Shown: positions 1-12,980 of the stretch, one piece after another
Layout of the letters: each line of letters starts with the position of its first letter
Position numbering within the stretch: position 1 is the stretch's first letter
Origin: Lama glama
Taxonomy: Eukaryota
DNA length: 64,000 nucleotides
NCBI GenBank assembly: GCA_028534125.1
Contig: CM052816.1
Coordinates: 95,978,001 to 96,042,000, forward strand
Direction: 5' to 3'
The notes under the pieces: generated by a model
Told to the model about the DNA's origin: nothing
What the model saw: the letters and a program-made list of their open reading frames with translations, nothing else
Database searches by the model: none
Made by a program: the position numbers and the translations under genes

Positions 1-3000
1 GGACCAGTGGATGTGGGGAGGGGAGGGGGCTTCACAATGAAGAGGGAGCTGGCACTCACGGGCTTTCTGCTTGATCCTCAGAAGAAGGGCTGCCCGTCCC
101 AGGTGAGAACCCAGAGAAGGCGTGTTAGCTGATGCTGTCGGCGGGGTGCAGGGGGATGGACGCAAACCTTTGCCTCTCAGGACGACCCACGTGCAGTGAC
201 TCACCTCTCTCCAGGTGCCGTGATAGCCTTATAACTGTGTTCTAGGAACGACTCCCCATGCCACCTTTCTAAAATTTTTCTGTGCTGACAGAACAGCTTT
301 CCACGGTGGACTCTTCCAGGCTGGGAGCTGGGTCCTGCCTGGGTCACCGGGTGGCAGTTGCAGGAGTCTGTTTCCTCCCCCCTCCCTCCCTGCGCCGACT
401 GAGGATTTATGTCACGGGCTTTATAGATGTTGCATCAAATATGAAAGCTGAGAAATGAGGGAAGACCTCAGGAGGACCTGCTGCACGAAGTAATAAGCAC
501 CTGTAACCATACTGTGTAGAAGACACGGAAAAGCAGGTTTGACGGGAGAGGCGATTTATTCTGAAGAAGGTGATTGAGGCACGTGTGGGAAACAAGCCGA
601 TGGTGTTCGGATAAACTGCTAACGAGAAGTCACACTGCGCCAGATGGCATTTGCTTTCTCAGACTGCTCGCAGCCCCTCTCTCCAAGGAACTAGTTAACG
701 TGTAAATCTGCACCGGATATTCCGGGATGGTTTTAGCTGTAAGTGACTTGAAGGTAATGGGGGCGAAGGCCTGCTACTCTGGGGCGATGGTAAAAACTCA
801 CTCTCTCCAAAGCATGTGCCCCTTGATTATGGCAATAAAATGTAATTAGATCTAATTGTGATAGAACACGACCATGTCGTTTTTACCATTATTTTACTTC
901 CAGTAAAAGAACCCCTCTGCTACCTCACTACTTCCATCCCATTTCTAACAAGAACAGACATTTTTCTATGGGGAATTGACACCTATTTCATTTGATTATT
1001 GGTTGTAGAAAACTTATAAAACGACCAGCTTTTAACAAATACTCAGTAATTATTTAATTTTAAAGGTGATTTTGGCACACGCTCATGCTTCTGAGAAGTT
1101 GCAGCAGAGGGCTCCCTGCAAGAAATGTGGTGATCCTGGGATGGCACGTAGGTGGGAGGGAGGACCTCCACGTGATCGTGGGCTCCTGGGCGTTGAGGCT
1201 GGTGGTGTTCCAAGACCTCATCACTGGGATCTTCTGCTCCGGAAGCTCCCAGTTGGCCTTGGTGTCTCAAGAATTTGTTTTGATGGAATTCATCCCCTTC
1301 TCAATGTGCGTACTTGGCATCTCTACCCACAGTTTGTAAGGGGCACAACAAAGCTACACAGAGGTTCCCCACATTTCTCAACTTCTTATCCCTTATTTTG
1401 ATGCTGCTGGACCCTCGGGGCCTTTCCTTTCAACCCTGCTCTGTGGGGATGCTCTTCACTGTACGTTAGATATGGCCTCTGCCTCGAGTGGGATTCTGGG
1501 CAGTCACCTCTCTAAAACCTGGACCATATAAGATTGTCTGCTGATAGCTATTTGCAGCCCAAACCAAAATTTAGAAAAAAGAAAAAGAAAAACACCTTTT
1601 GTATTGACATTGGGTTAAAAAATAATTCATTAAACAGCACCTCTGTTTAACAAACTGAGAACCTTAAATATGCATTAATCAATTTTATAGCAGTTAAATG
1701 GAGACATGGACAAACTAAGACTTCAGGTACTTTTGGCAACTCCCAATCAATGATTTGCAGTTAAAACAATCCATGTGGGCTGCTAAAAGAGTGTCCCCAT
1801 TACAGCTAATGTAAAATTAAACTTTTAAACTAAGTCAGCCCTTGTCTAGCGCTAAATCCATCTCTAAATGACTGTAATAGGAAGCCTGAATTATCTGGTC
1901 CCTCCTATTCTTTCATCTGTCTGCAGCTGTCATGTCAATTCTTTGGGAGAATGTGTTGATTTAATTATACCTGAAAGTTTCACGTGAGGTTGAGAACCCC
2001 CCTCTCTCCAGGGTACCATTCTCTCGATATCGGCTCACTCTCTCTGGTTTTACTTTGGGCATTTTTCATCTGGCTCTGTTCTTGGTGAACGTGGAGAAGA
2101 GTTGTTTGGGTGACAGTTAATCTACTAGGATAAATTTCTGATTGCTCTCTTTGAGACCTCTCTTACCAGTGATCCCTGAAATTAGAGATTGGGGAACTCA
2201 AAACCATGGAGGAAGACTGTTCCCCCATCCGTGAGCCTCCACTGGATCTCTCTGCAGCTGTTACAAAAGAGATCACTGTCTGAGCCTTAGGAATCCGGTC
2301 TTCCTCCTGGAAAAGTTGCCTGCCGAGGTGGGTTGGGTGCCACGGGCCAACCTTCTCCCTCCCCGGGGTCCTCAGTCCTCAAGGACGGGGGGTCAGTTGT
2401 GTGTGGGCCCTGGCTCTCTGCTGGTTCCACCTTCTAGAGGGGGGCAGTTAAGCCACTCTCCTCTCAGTGCTTCAGGGAAGTCAGATGGGCTCCAGGAGGT
2501 ATAAGTGCCTCGGCCTTGTCATCAAAGAGGCTGACAGCCTGCGGACCTGCCCCCGAGGAAGAGATGAGGCTGCCATCTGTCTTACAGACTATTTCTTGTT
2601 CCCCCGAACAGTGAAGCTGTATCTGAGACCTCCCACTGGCAATTAGTGAAAATCACTGATGAAGTGAGGTTGTAATTTGGAAGTTTGAGTCATATGTGAA
2701 ACGTAATTTAAAAAATTGTACTAAATGGATTTCTTCATTGGATAAGCCAAGGCCAAATGGGTTCTCTGTTGAAAGCAAGATGCTTTTGCCTTCTGTGACT
2801 AATAAAATGGGAGCCAGATCCAGATAGGAGGAGGAGATTGGGCATTGCATCCTGAGTCCCCGCATGTGAAATTGCTTACCATTATTATAGCAATATTGGA
2901 TGTTTCCAGGACACTTTTTTCCCCACATGTTATTTTTTATTTCTGCCCAAACAGAAGATGAATAGCGAAGCTAAATTAGACTTTTAATTCTTCAGCATTC

Positions 3001-3309
3001 TGAACTTGGTTACAGTTTTGGTCAAGAGAAATTACTAGGTGATGAATTTTGATTTCCATCAAAAATGCAGTTATAGGAATGCTGGAGGTGACTGGACATG
3101 AAGCTGTTTGCTATGCCACGCACAGGGGAATCTGAAAACAGGGGAATGTCGGAGCCTTTGAAGGAAGTGATCGATTGAAAAATGAGGCTGGGATGAAAAA
3201 GGAGCCCAACAAATTGCTCCTCATCATTCAGTTGGTGCCATGATGTAACCCATCAGTGCCATCAGTACCAATAATGGCACCTCTGCTCAGGACTCACCAA
3301 TGACAGAGC

Positions 3310-3722
3310 TTCACATGGCCTGGCCCTTGGCCCCTTTTGTGTCCTCATTCTCTGCTTTCTTGCACTGGTCACCAGCCACACTCACCCACATGCTTATCCC
3401 TGAGCTACCAGGGATAGCTACCAGTGGCTCCTGCTTTCCTTCAGGAAGGATTCTCCCCTCAGTATCACCCCCTCTGGGGCAGCTCTCCTGACCGCTCCAT
3501 CTGTGGTCTGACCTGGCAGCACTCTGTCCCTCATTATACCCTGTCCTTCTTAGCACTTATTATCACCCACTGTTATACCATGTGTCTATGCATTTATTGG
3601 TTTACTCTTTGTAACCTCACATGCATCCATCCTCTTGTGAGAACAAGCTTTGTCTTGCTTCCTATGCATTTCTGGGGCTGGCAGAATTTTCTGGAAAACA
3701 GTAGATGCTCCAACATTTGCAC
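3310..3722 (+). mobile_element. LINE-2 3' region, highly diverged
   Basis: L2-like pyrimidine-rich body (cttcttagcacttattatc...) ending in an L2-tail-like 'cagtagatgctccaacatttgc'. Confidence 0.5.
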
Positions 3723-5614
3723 AGTGAGGACTTTATTTGAAAGAATTGACGTCTTGTGTGTAAACTGTAAAAATAAACATTTGTGTTTTCTTGGCTTAAG
3801 AACGTTAACATGGAGAAGATTACAGTTCATATTCTGTAACCAGTTAACATCCTTTAATGGTCATAGTTAACGTCAACTGTCATTTATTGACGCTTTCTCT
3901 GTGCCAAGCATCTGGGCATTTCCTGTCTTAAAGGATACCAAGTGCTGTTGGGTTTTAAGGAAATCAATGACTCAATCTTTGTCCCATGACAGCAAGCCAT
4001 TTAATAATATCTCCAGTGTCTGGGCAGTGAGCGCCTCTATCCTTAGTCAAGAGTGATGTCATTTAAGAGTGGGACCCCTGTGCTGACTTTCATCTGTCAC
4101 AAGGTGTCCCCCATTGGAGGTGTTTATTTTTAAAGTTTGAACATACACAACTTCAGGATGTGACTTGAAATAATGCATGTGAATTTCAGAGGATGTGGGC
4201 AGTCTGCTCAGTGGTATATAGTAACCGGATGGACTTGGGCATTGTGACACCTGTCTTCTGTGTTTGGCTTTGAAATCCACTTTCTGGGAGTTTTTCATGG
4301 AAGTACATAGTCTCAGAACACCAACCCTCGGGTCCAGAGCAGGCTTTCCCCTTCAGCCTGCTGTGAGTGTCCAAGAGTAACCTGTGCGGGGGGTCCTGGG
4401 GCTTTTCCAGGCTCCTCTTCTCAGCGGAAGCCCTCACTCCTGCCTTAGCTCCTGCTGTAGCCTATGCAGAGAAGAGCCCACGCCCCCAGCAGGGCACCGG
4501 GTGGTGTTAGAGAAACCTCCCTCCCGTGGGGCGTGCAGATCCGAAGGGCCCCTCTCAGGCACTCCTAGTCCTGCAAGCGGCTGGGATTATTCAGCAGGTT
4601 TTGAGTATGCACTTTCTTCTTCACTCCTTTTCGTTTGTTTCAATACAGGAGAAGCCAGAGACTGTTTCCTGAACTGACAGCTCTGTTCCAGGGAGTCACC
4701 TGTTCTCTGTACTGTCATTATTAGGACACGTACCATGTGCAAAGCACGGTGCATAATGATCAAGAAGAGGTCTTCTCTAGAGGGAAACTGCAATCCTGGT
4801 TGAGTCCTGGCTTAGTGTTCAGTGTCCCTTTGGGAAAATATTCAGGAAATCTGAGAACAGAACAAAGTCTGTTTGTCCCCCACCCTTGCCTTTCCATCTT
4901 GGCTTCTCTTTCCTCTTTCCTCCCCCTTCCCCTGTCAGCCCCCAGGTAGGACCCCCTGGGAAAGGTATTTAATTACAGAGTCACTCCTGTTTTCCCGAGT
5001 AGCTGGTCCCTGGTGGATTTCAGACTGAACTTGTCTGTCTCCTTGAAGCTGAGGCTGCGGTGCCGGGGGCCTCCCCCCAGGACCCGGCTCTCTGGTTTTG
5101 CTGGGAGTGTGCCAGGTGACAAGCTTCGCACGTGCTTCCTTGCACAGGGGGAGGCTGGAAACTCTGTGAGCCTGAGACGCAGGGGGTCTTGAGACGCTCA
5201 CGCAGGGCGGGGAGGGAGTCCGGGCCAGCTCTCCGCTGTCTCTGTCATGAGGTTTGCTGCCGATCCCGGCAGCCTCGCCACCACGTGACGTGATGTCTTG
5301 GTTCCTTCGATCACGTGTGCTCAGGAATGTGCTGGTACAGCCAGGCCTTCTTACCGTGGGCCACCTGGTGCCTCTGATGTGCACGTATATCGGGGAGAAT
5401 GAGTCCTCTGATGTGAGCGCAGCTTGATCCGTGTTGCAGACGGGGGGCTGCTCCTGCTTTTATTTAAATGCCGACGTGCTTGGAAAGGGTTCCTGTCCTC
5501 TGTTTGAACTGCTACAGAGCAGTAAATTCTACCCTCCAGGAAAAGCTATCTGTGCGGCACCCAGCCTCAGTTCTTAGCGCAGACCCTTCAGATGCCTCTG
5601 CACTACTGCCAGTT

Positions 5615-5822
5615 TTATTTTAAAAATGACATCTTTTACAGGCTTGTATTGACGTAGAGATGATACACACTATTAATGTAAGTTACAGGTGTTCCAGACA
5701 GCGATTCGCAAGTTTTGAAGGTTAAGCTCCGCTCATAGTTACTGTAAACTGTTGGCTGCGTTCCCTGTGTCGTGCCCCAGACCCTTGCAGCTTATGTTAC
5801 ATGTAGCACTTTGTGCCTCTTC
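5615..5822 (-). mobile_element. LINE-1 3' UTR fragment (laurasiatherian/cetartiodactyl type)
   Basis: T-rich start, then 'gtaagttacaggtgttccagacagcgattcgcaagttttgaaggtt...catagttactgtaaactgttggctgcgttccctgtg', resembling the antisense L1 3' end. Confidence 0.7.
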
Positions 5823-8489
5823 CAAGGGCCGAGAGTGAGTTTGCTCAGAGTGCGCACAGTTAGATGTTTGTTTTGGTACCTCTGGTAGCTTTGATTGTTT
5901 TCAATATTGGCTTGTACCACACAAAAAAATCCATACCTGAAGTCCATCTTATGTTTAAGAATTACAGTAGAGCAATCTAGAAATTGAACAAGTGCCTTTC
6001 TGCAGGTAGATGAACAGAGCTTTCTCAGCCTCCCATTCTGTAGCAGTTTGGGCAGTGTTCAGCGGCAGGCACCCTCACACCCAACTGATGACAACTTAGC
6101 CAGCTCAGACCTGTGTTGGCACGTAGCACACTGCTTGTCCAGCGCTCCTGGGGTGGCCTTTGGGACCCAGGTCCTCCCTCCTTCCCTCGGCCACCCTTGG
6201 TATGTGGCTTCTGTCTTCATGCCGGCCACTTGGAGGGCGCAAGAAGGCTGCTCCACCTCCAGCTGAGAGCCTGTATTCCAGCAGGAAGAGGGGGAGGCAG
6301 CGATGAGGGGGGCAGACCAGTCCTTCCTCCTCTTGAAGAGCTTCCCGAAGTTCCACCCAGTGCCTGCTGCTGGCCTCCCAGGGGTCTGGAACCATCCGGG
6401 GTCACCCTGACAGCAAGGGAAGGGGAGGTGGGCACATGGCTGACCCGAGGACCATTGAGGAGGGTCGATGGTTGAGCTGTGGGGAAAGAGAGAAGGGGTA
6501 TTGAGAAGGCAGCCCTGCCATCTGCACCATGTTCCTCAGCTCCTCCAGTTGCTGACTTGGCTTTTGGATGCTTTCCTTTGCCCACTTCATATTATTTTTT
6601 AAAACATTCAGCACATTGAAAAAGACTCAAGAATGTGTATCTATGTTTATGTACATATACTTCAGATAGTAATTTATACACACACAATCATACAGACACA
6701 TGTATTTTGATTATCTTTAGAGTAAATGGTAATTTACCAGCAATTTAGACTCTTATCTCAGCATCCTATGTTTTAAAATGTAAATATATGTAGATTTCAT
6801 TTCTGTGGTATATTATAATTCCAACAGGTTAGAGATTAAATTGTGTTGGCAGCCATTTTGACACAGTTCTATGGAACAGCTAATGTATTTTGTGAATCGA
6901 GCATGTTTTAATTGGAGAAAAGCTGTCGCAGAAAGATGCTAATTAATTTTTCCTGTGGTCTTTGTATGAAATCGTGATAAATAATCAAGAAAATCATTGT
7001 AAGAAATTCTAGCTTCACCCAGTGACCATTAAATCAGTGTCTAGGTTTTTTTGTTTGTTTGTTTTGTTCTGTTCTGTTTTGTTTTTTGTAATAAAGGCAG
7101 GGATAGTTAATTCTTTCACCAGGGGGTTAATTTAGTTTGATCTTTACTTACAGTTTAGTTTCTGAAGATAGTGATGGAAGATTCTTACGGAGTAAAGGCC
7201 CAGCTTAGAAGGGATGTGTTAACAAGTACCGGAAGGGCAGGGGGAGGCACACGAGGGCACAAGTGGACTTGGAACTCCATCCGCCAAGGTCTTCCCCTTG
7301 GAAACAAGCAGCGTAGGCGGGGCCAGGCACAGACCCCAACCCGAAGTTGTACAAGGTGCTGCCCGCGTTAGCAAATATGTTAGTGTAAGTGTATCCCAAG
7401 TGTCGATGGGACGTAGGTCTACTGTGGTGCTGTTGGCTGTTTATCTGAAATACACACTTAGCTGGGTGTCCTGGGTTTCCTCAGGGCATCTCTGTGTGGG
7501 TCCTGGTACAACATCCCCCGGGACCAGCTCAGTGCAGTCCCGGTGGTGGACGGGGTGGTGTCTGGATCAGTCGGGAGAAAATGAGTGTTCTGGGTTGAAC
7601 AGTAAGGCATGCTTTGATTAAAAATGCATGCACACATCAAGAGCGAGCGTGATTGAAACCTTCGGAAGGTTTGGTTTTCTGCCAGATGGCTCTGCCCATG
7701 TGTCTCACCAACAGAAGTCTTCTTGTCATGGGGAAAGAGTATCGCTCCAGAGGCTTCCTGGGGCTGACATCCGTCTCACCGTCACCGTCAGTGTGTGGTG
7801 ACTTTACAAAGGATGGGGTACGAGCCGTGCATTGCATTTAATAATGCATTATAATAGCACAGAACAAGTTGAGGATTAATCAGAACTTTAGAAACTGGTG
7901 CTAAATTGACTTGGTGATTTGCATCTAGCTCTGTGTGGTCGGCCTGTTGACAACTACTTATTCAGAAACAGTGGCTTTGCAATTTCTTCTTAATTGCATG
8001 TGTGGTGCCGCAGGGTGATACAGAAGATATTAAAATATGCGTAACAGATGGATGCTTGCTAATGGAGTGTCACATCCCATACATTTTCTCCTTACTGTTT
8101 TCTATTTTCTTACATACCTATTCCTGTAAAATAAAACTTGCCTTTTTCAGGGCAGCACTAGTTTTGGCCCTCTTTTTCCTCTCTTTTCCTACACTTTGTT
8201 GGCTCAGTTTTTTCTTGTCACCTTATTGTGGGATGGAAGAATCTCTGTCCGCTGGAATCCATTTGGAGTCTGCTCTTTGTTAGTAGTGGGTGGAAGTTAA
8301 TGGTACATAACCAGAAATTGAAATGCTTTTGAAGGTAATGATGATATTCGTGTATGGATGACTGTGCTTTTATTATTTATCTGTGATGGCTGTAGTTCCC
8401 TTATTTTTAGTGATAACAGAAAAATAAAATGCTAAAGGATTCAAGTTTCCATTTCTGGATCATGAAAAGAAGTCAGTTGTCAAACTTCA

Positions 8490-8630
8490 TGCTCCTACAT
8501 AGATTATTTATGGAGCCTACTGTAGGAAGGCACTGACTGATATCCAGAGTTATGGTAGGTGTTCCTCTGATCTCACATAGCTTGCAGCTTAATGCGGAAG
8601 AATAAACCAAATATCCAGATAATCAGATCA
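8490..8630 (-). mobile_element. LINE-2 3' tail fragment
   Basis: 'tatttatggagcctactgtaggaaggcactg...ctcacatagcttgcagcttaatg' resembles the antisense L2 terminus. Confidence 0.5.
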
Positions 8631-8969
8631 ATGAAGCCTTCGTGTTCCACAGGCGGCAACCCCTTTTGTCATTGCTAATAGTGCAATTTCTGTGATTTTG
8701 AGGTGCGTGCATTACCAAATAAACCTTTATTTTTATCTGTTCCTTTTTTTATTTGGCATTTGATGACTTTTTTAAACATAGAGAAATTAACTCAAGTAAA
8801 CTATTTGATGTTTTTCCTTAAAATCATTGTTTTTAATTACTCGATAAGGTTTATGAAGTTTTAGGAGAAGTAACGCTTTGTGTTCTTGTGAGGTCTTGGT
8901 AGGGTGTTGGGAGCTGATGGGAGGGGCAGTCATCCCTTTTTATGACCCACCGCTCCCGCCTTCCTGGCT

Positions 8970-8983
8970 CCACCAGGTGGCAC
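8970..8983 (+). promoter_or_regulatory. CTCF core motif
   Basis: CCACCAGGTGGCAC matches the CCASYAGRKGGCRS consensus at all 14 positions; binding is not shown. Confidence 0.6.
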
Positions 8984-11369
8984 CACAAAAGCGCAAGCGT
9001 CGTCTCACCCCCCGCAATGACTGGGACCTTTCTGGGCTTGTATTTACACCCACTGCTTTGCATTTGCTCATCTGGTTGTGGCATCATTATCATAATTGCA
9101 CACGCATGCATTTTCATTACGTTCCTTTTCGCCTGCAGTAACTAATATATCTGTTTGATAGACTGAATTCTGTAACTGTTAATCATCTACACAGAACAAA
9201 TACACAAAATAAATACCGAACGAAAACATACGCCAACGACGCTAAACCCAACCCCGCCCCATCCATGCTCAGCATCACCTTTGGTGTTATGGTTGAGGTT
9301 CAACTCCAGCTATCTAGTCTTGACTCATAACAGCCCCAGGTGCGCTGTGTTTATTGGGTCGGAGTTGGTTGTTGTAGTACTTGGATGACACACCCATGGG
9401 AAGTGAGCAGCTACAGACAATACCTGTTTGAAGAGTTTGTGATCTGAGCTCATCTACTGTTCCATGTGGCTTTGCTCCCTGGTGCCATTCTGTGGGCTGG
9501 GAAATGGACCCTGTAGGCACCGCATCTCCTCAGTGGCCATACCTCAGTGACAAAGTGCCTTCCGTGTCAGGATCCACACAGGAGGAGTCTGAGCCAGTTG
9601 AGGAATAACTGCAACTTTGTCTTTTAAAACAATGTTGTAGCTTCCAGAAATTTGTATGACGGCTTCTAAAATTTATTTCTGAACTGACATAAAATATGAC
9701 AAAATTTGCTGTAATTTTCTCCAAAGAGCTGGATGGAAGATGAATTGAAAATCGTTTTCCTTTCTGGTGGCATTGCCATATTTTAGACTTTTTGTGTTTA
9801 TTTATGATAATGATGCTCTCAAATATATTTTCATAATTGTGCTGTGATTCTAGAAACTCTCTTTTGAATACAGGTAACAAATGCATCTTGAGAGTGGGCC
9901 CAGAATTTGTACTCTGTGGGCAATGATTGCACCCAATTTCGGGAAATGGTTTCTCAATTCTAGATGAATGGATAACTCATTTCATTGAGGTTAACTTTGT
10001 ATGAAGCATTGTAAGACTCGTTGGTTGACAGCAGGGAGCTTGGGAACACCTGAAGCATGTTTCTGAGCATTTACCATCTGGTAGGTCCAGAGGGAAATGA
10101 GAGGACAGAAGCCAAGGCCAAGGCCAAGGCCAGGTACAGAAGCTCCTTATTGCACCTTTGCCAGAGTCCCAATGTAGTCTCCACCTTCTGCCCCGTCCCC
10201 TCCATTTCCTCTCCTCCCAGCCCTCGACCCCATCCAAAGCAAAGATAACATTTGTTGTTGGATCAGAAACTGAATCTTCAAGTGGGCAAAACTTCCTTTT
10301 TCACCCATTTCCCTGCAAACCTCTGCCTTCATCTTGACCTGACCCCTTCCCTGTTGAGGAGAGACCAATCTGGGAAAAGACCATGCAGCCTGTATGAAAG
10401 AAGCAAATATTGAAGCACCAGAGGAGGACCGGCCAGCAGCTCCCTGGTGCCCAGGAACTCTCAGGCTTAGGGGATGACCCCTGGCTTCATAGGGTGCTCA
10501 CCTTGGTTCCATAGAGGGGGCTGAGCCTGAGAGCCTGAGAGCTCCAGGCAGAGCTGTGGCCTGCACAGTTCCCAGGTGGCCTTCTGCCCCTTCCCTCCTC
10601 ATTTCTCTTTCTGACCTAGTGGAAAAGAAGCACTTTCCTAGAGCACAGTGATGTGTCTATTCCTTGGGAATACCTGTTTAAAACACCTTTGAAATGGAGT
10701 GTATTAGGAAGGGTGGTTGGGAGGAGCCATGAGCATCCCAAGCCAGCATCCGTCATCTCTATCCAGTCTCCATTCTGTCCTGAGTGAGGAGTCGGCCAAG
10801 GCATCCATGACAGCCCATTGCACAGATAAGGTGACTGTGAATCTCTGATGACAACAGAATGTGAAAAATGGTCCTCTCTGTGCTATCTTAGTCACCAAGT
10901 TTTTTTTTTTTTATAATTCCAATAGAAAAATGTTTTGGGGCAATGGAAACATATTAAGGGCACAGAAGTCATTTTCAATTACTCAATAATGTAAAAATCA
11001 GCTGTTATTTTTCAGTTGAGGAGAATACAGGGGCAGTTCAATGACCATTACTGGCTCCCTTCCTTTGGAATCTAAACTCCAGGGACCTACAAGTGATTTT
11101 CAGGATCAGATGGACTGTGCTCAGCGGGTTGCCCTTGGCCTCCGTGCAGTTAACATGAGATGATGCCTTGTGTCCATCCACAGACCCATCTCTGCATGCA
11201 TCGTATCTCAATGATCAACACAGAGCTTACCACCTAGGATACAGTAGAGTATGTCTGCTGCTGAGCACTAGCCAGGAGTCAAACAAGAGGTCAACATATG
11301 ATGCGAAAGAGGGACTCATATCAGAAACATGCAGTTTTAGTGAGAAATTAATGAAGGCAAATCAACTGA

Positions 11370-11520
11370 GTGGTTAAGAGAGAGGCTTTCGTCTGAATCC
11401 TGCTCAGCACTTCCTTCCTGTGTGACCTTGGTCACGATCTTGACTTCTCTGGCTCTTATTCTTCTTCGGTAAAGTCAGGACAAGAGTGGGACTTCCTTGT
11501 GGGGCTGTGTTGAATCTGAA
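11370..11520 (+). mobile_element. MIR SINE
   Basis: 'gtggttaagag...tgaatcctgctcagcacttccttcctgtgtgaccttggtcacgatcttgacttctctg' matches the MIR core. Confidence 0.7.
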
Positions 11521-12809
11521 CTGTCACCACTGTGCTCAGATACCTTGTATCTTGAAGTGCTGGCTAAATATTAGCAGATACCATCTTTTAGGGGAACCTC
11601 CTTTCAGACTTTTGTCACCAGAGCAGCTCTGATGCTCAACCTCAAGTCTCAAATATCATGAGTTGTGCCCAATTATTGGCATGTCCTAGAAAGTAGTGGC
11701 CTGAGCTCTGGATACATCTCCCATCATTGATATGACAGCAGCCTGTATCCCCAAGGGAATGTGTCCACAGAGGGTGGACTCTGTATTTAAAAATGTCATG
11801 GAAAGACAGCAAGCATCAAAAAATACGCAGATCTTTTTTAAAAAGTAAGAATGATAAGATACTGGAGCATAATGGCTTTGGGGGCAGTATGAGCAATGGT
11901 GATGCATTCCTTGAGAAACCACTGGTGTTAAATACATATACAGGCCGGTTACCATTGGGAACTCATGGTTTTCTGTCAAACGTGAACTCTGACTGTCTTC
12001 GTGTCACACACGTTGATTTCACTAGCTCCAAGTGTTTCAGAGAGAAATATGGTCTCCCTTTTAAGTCTCGAATACACTAAGCTAAAGGGAGATGGAGAAA
12101 TGGCACCCTGTGATGCTCTCCTTAATAAGGCATTGCATTTGGAAGCCCACACTAGATTAACTAATTTAAAAGACCAATATTGGATTCATGTGCAAGGCTA
12201 TTTTGAGGCCTTTTTTTCATGCATATTAAAATGTAAATGAACAGTGATTATCTCAAATAGGCTGCTCAGAATATGGTTCTTCCTGGTAACTGGTAGCAGG
12301 GTGTGTGTGGTTTTTTTTTTGGCTCTTAACATAGTCTCATGGACTAGTCTATAAATTATGGAAATGTAGGCCAAAAAATAAAAAAAAGTGAGGAATCAAA
12401 GTAGTTTTCCTAAAACCTCAGCCTTCTTTAGGCGAGTTACCGGTGCCCCGGGACAGTGACTTGGGGCTGACCGCTGGTGGGCAGGCTGGTGCACTGAGGG
12501 GACAGGACGTACGCTTCAGATCCCAGCAGCTCCGAGTTGCAGATGTTGATGCTGCCACTTAACTGGGTTAAATTGGGCCTGTTTTCTGACCTGAAAAATG
12601 CATATAATCTTATTTGGGGGGCTGTATTCACTGCAGCATCAGTGTTCCAGGTAGCTGCTTCATGGCTTTCACAGTCTTCCACAGTGGACAGTTCTAGTGC
12701 TTCTGTGGGATAAACTTCCATAACTATATCATCCTTAAGCTTCCTACAAAGTGCGTTTTATCAGGATCTGCAGTTATACATTCTTCATTACGTGACTTTA
12801 CTCTTACCC

Positions 12810-12980
12810 AAATGTTCATTCAGGAACCATTTAGTGCCCATGGCGTGCCAGGGATACAGGAGCCGACATCCTAGCATGTGTGGGAGCAAGGGCGGGGCTG
12901 CTGATCATTGATGAGTAAATGAACGAATATTCAGTACATCAGGGGAAAACAAATTTTGTGAAAAAAAATGAAGCAGGCTG
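12810..12980 (-). mobile_element. LINE-2 tail fragment
   Basis: 'ttcattcaggaaccatttagtgcccatggcgtgccagg' resembles the antisense L2 3' end. Confidence 0.45.

Noticed and set aside
10109..10133. (AAGGCC)n run and the matching WP/AK peptide repeats
   Set aside because: A short simple repeat with no coding support.
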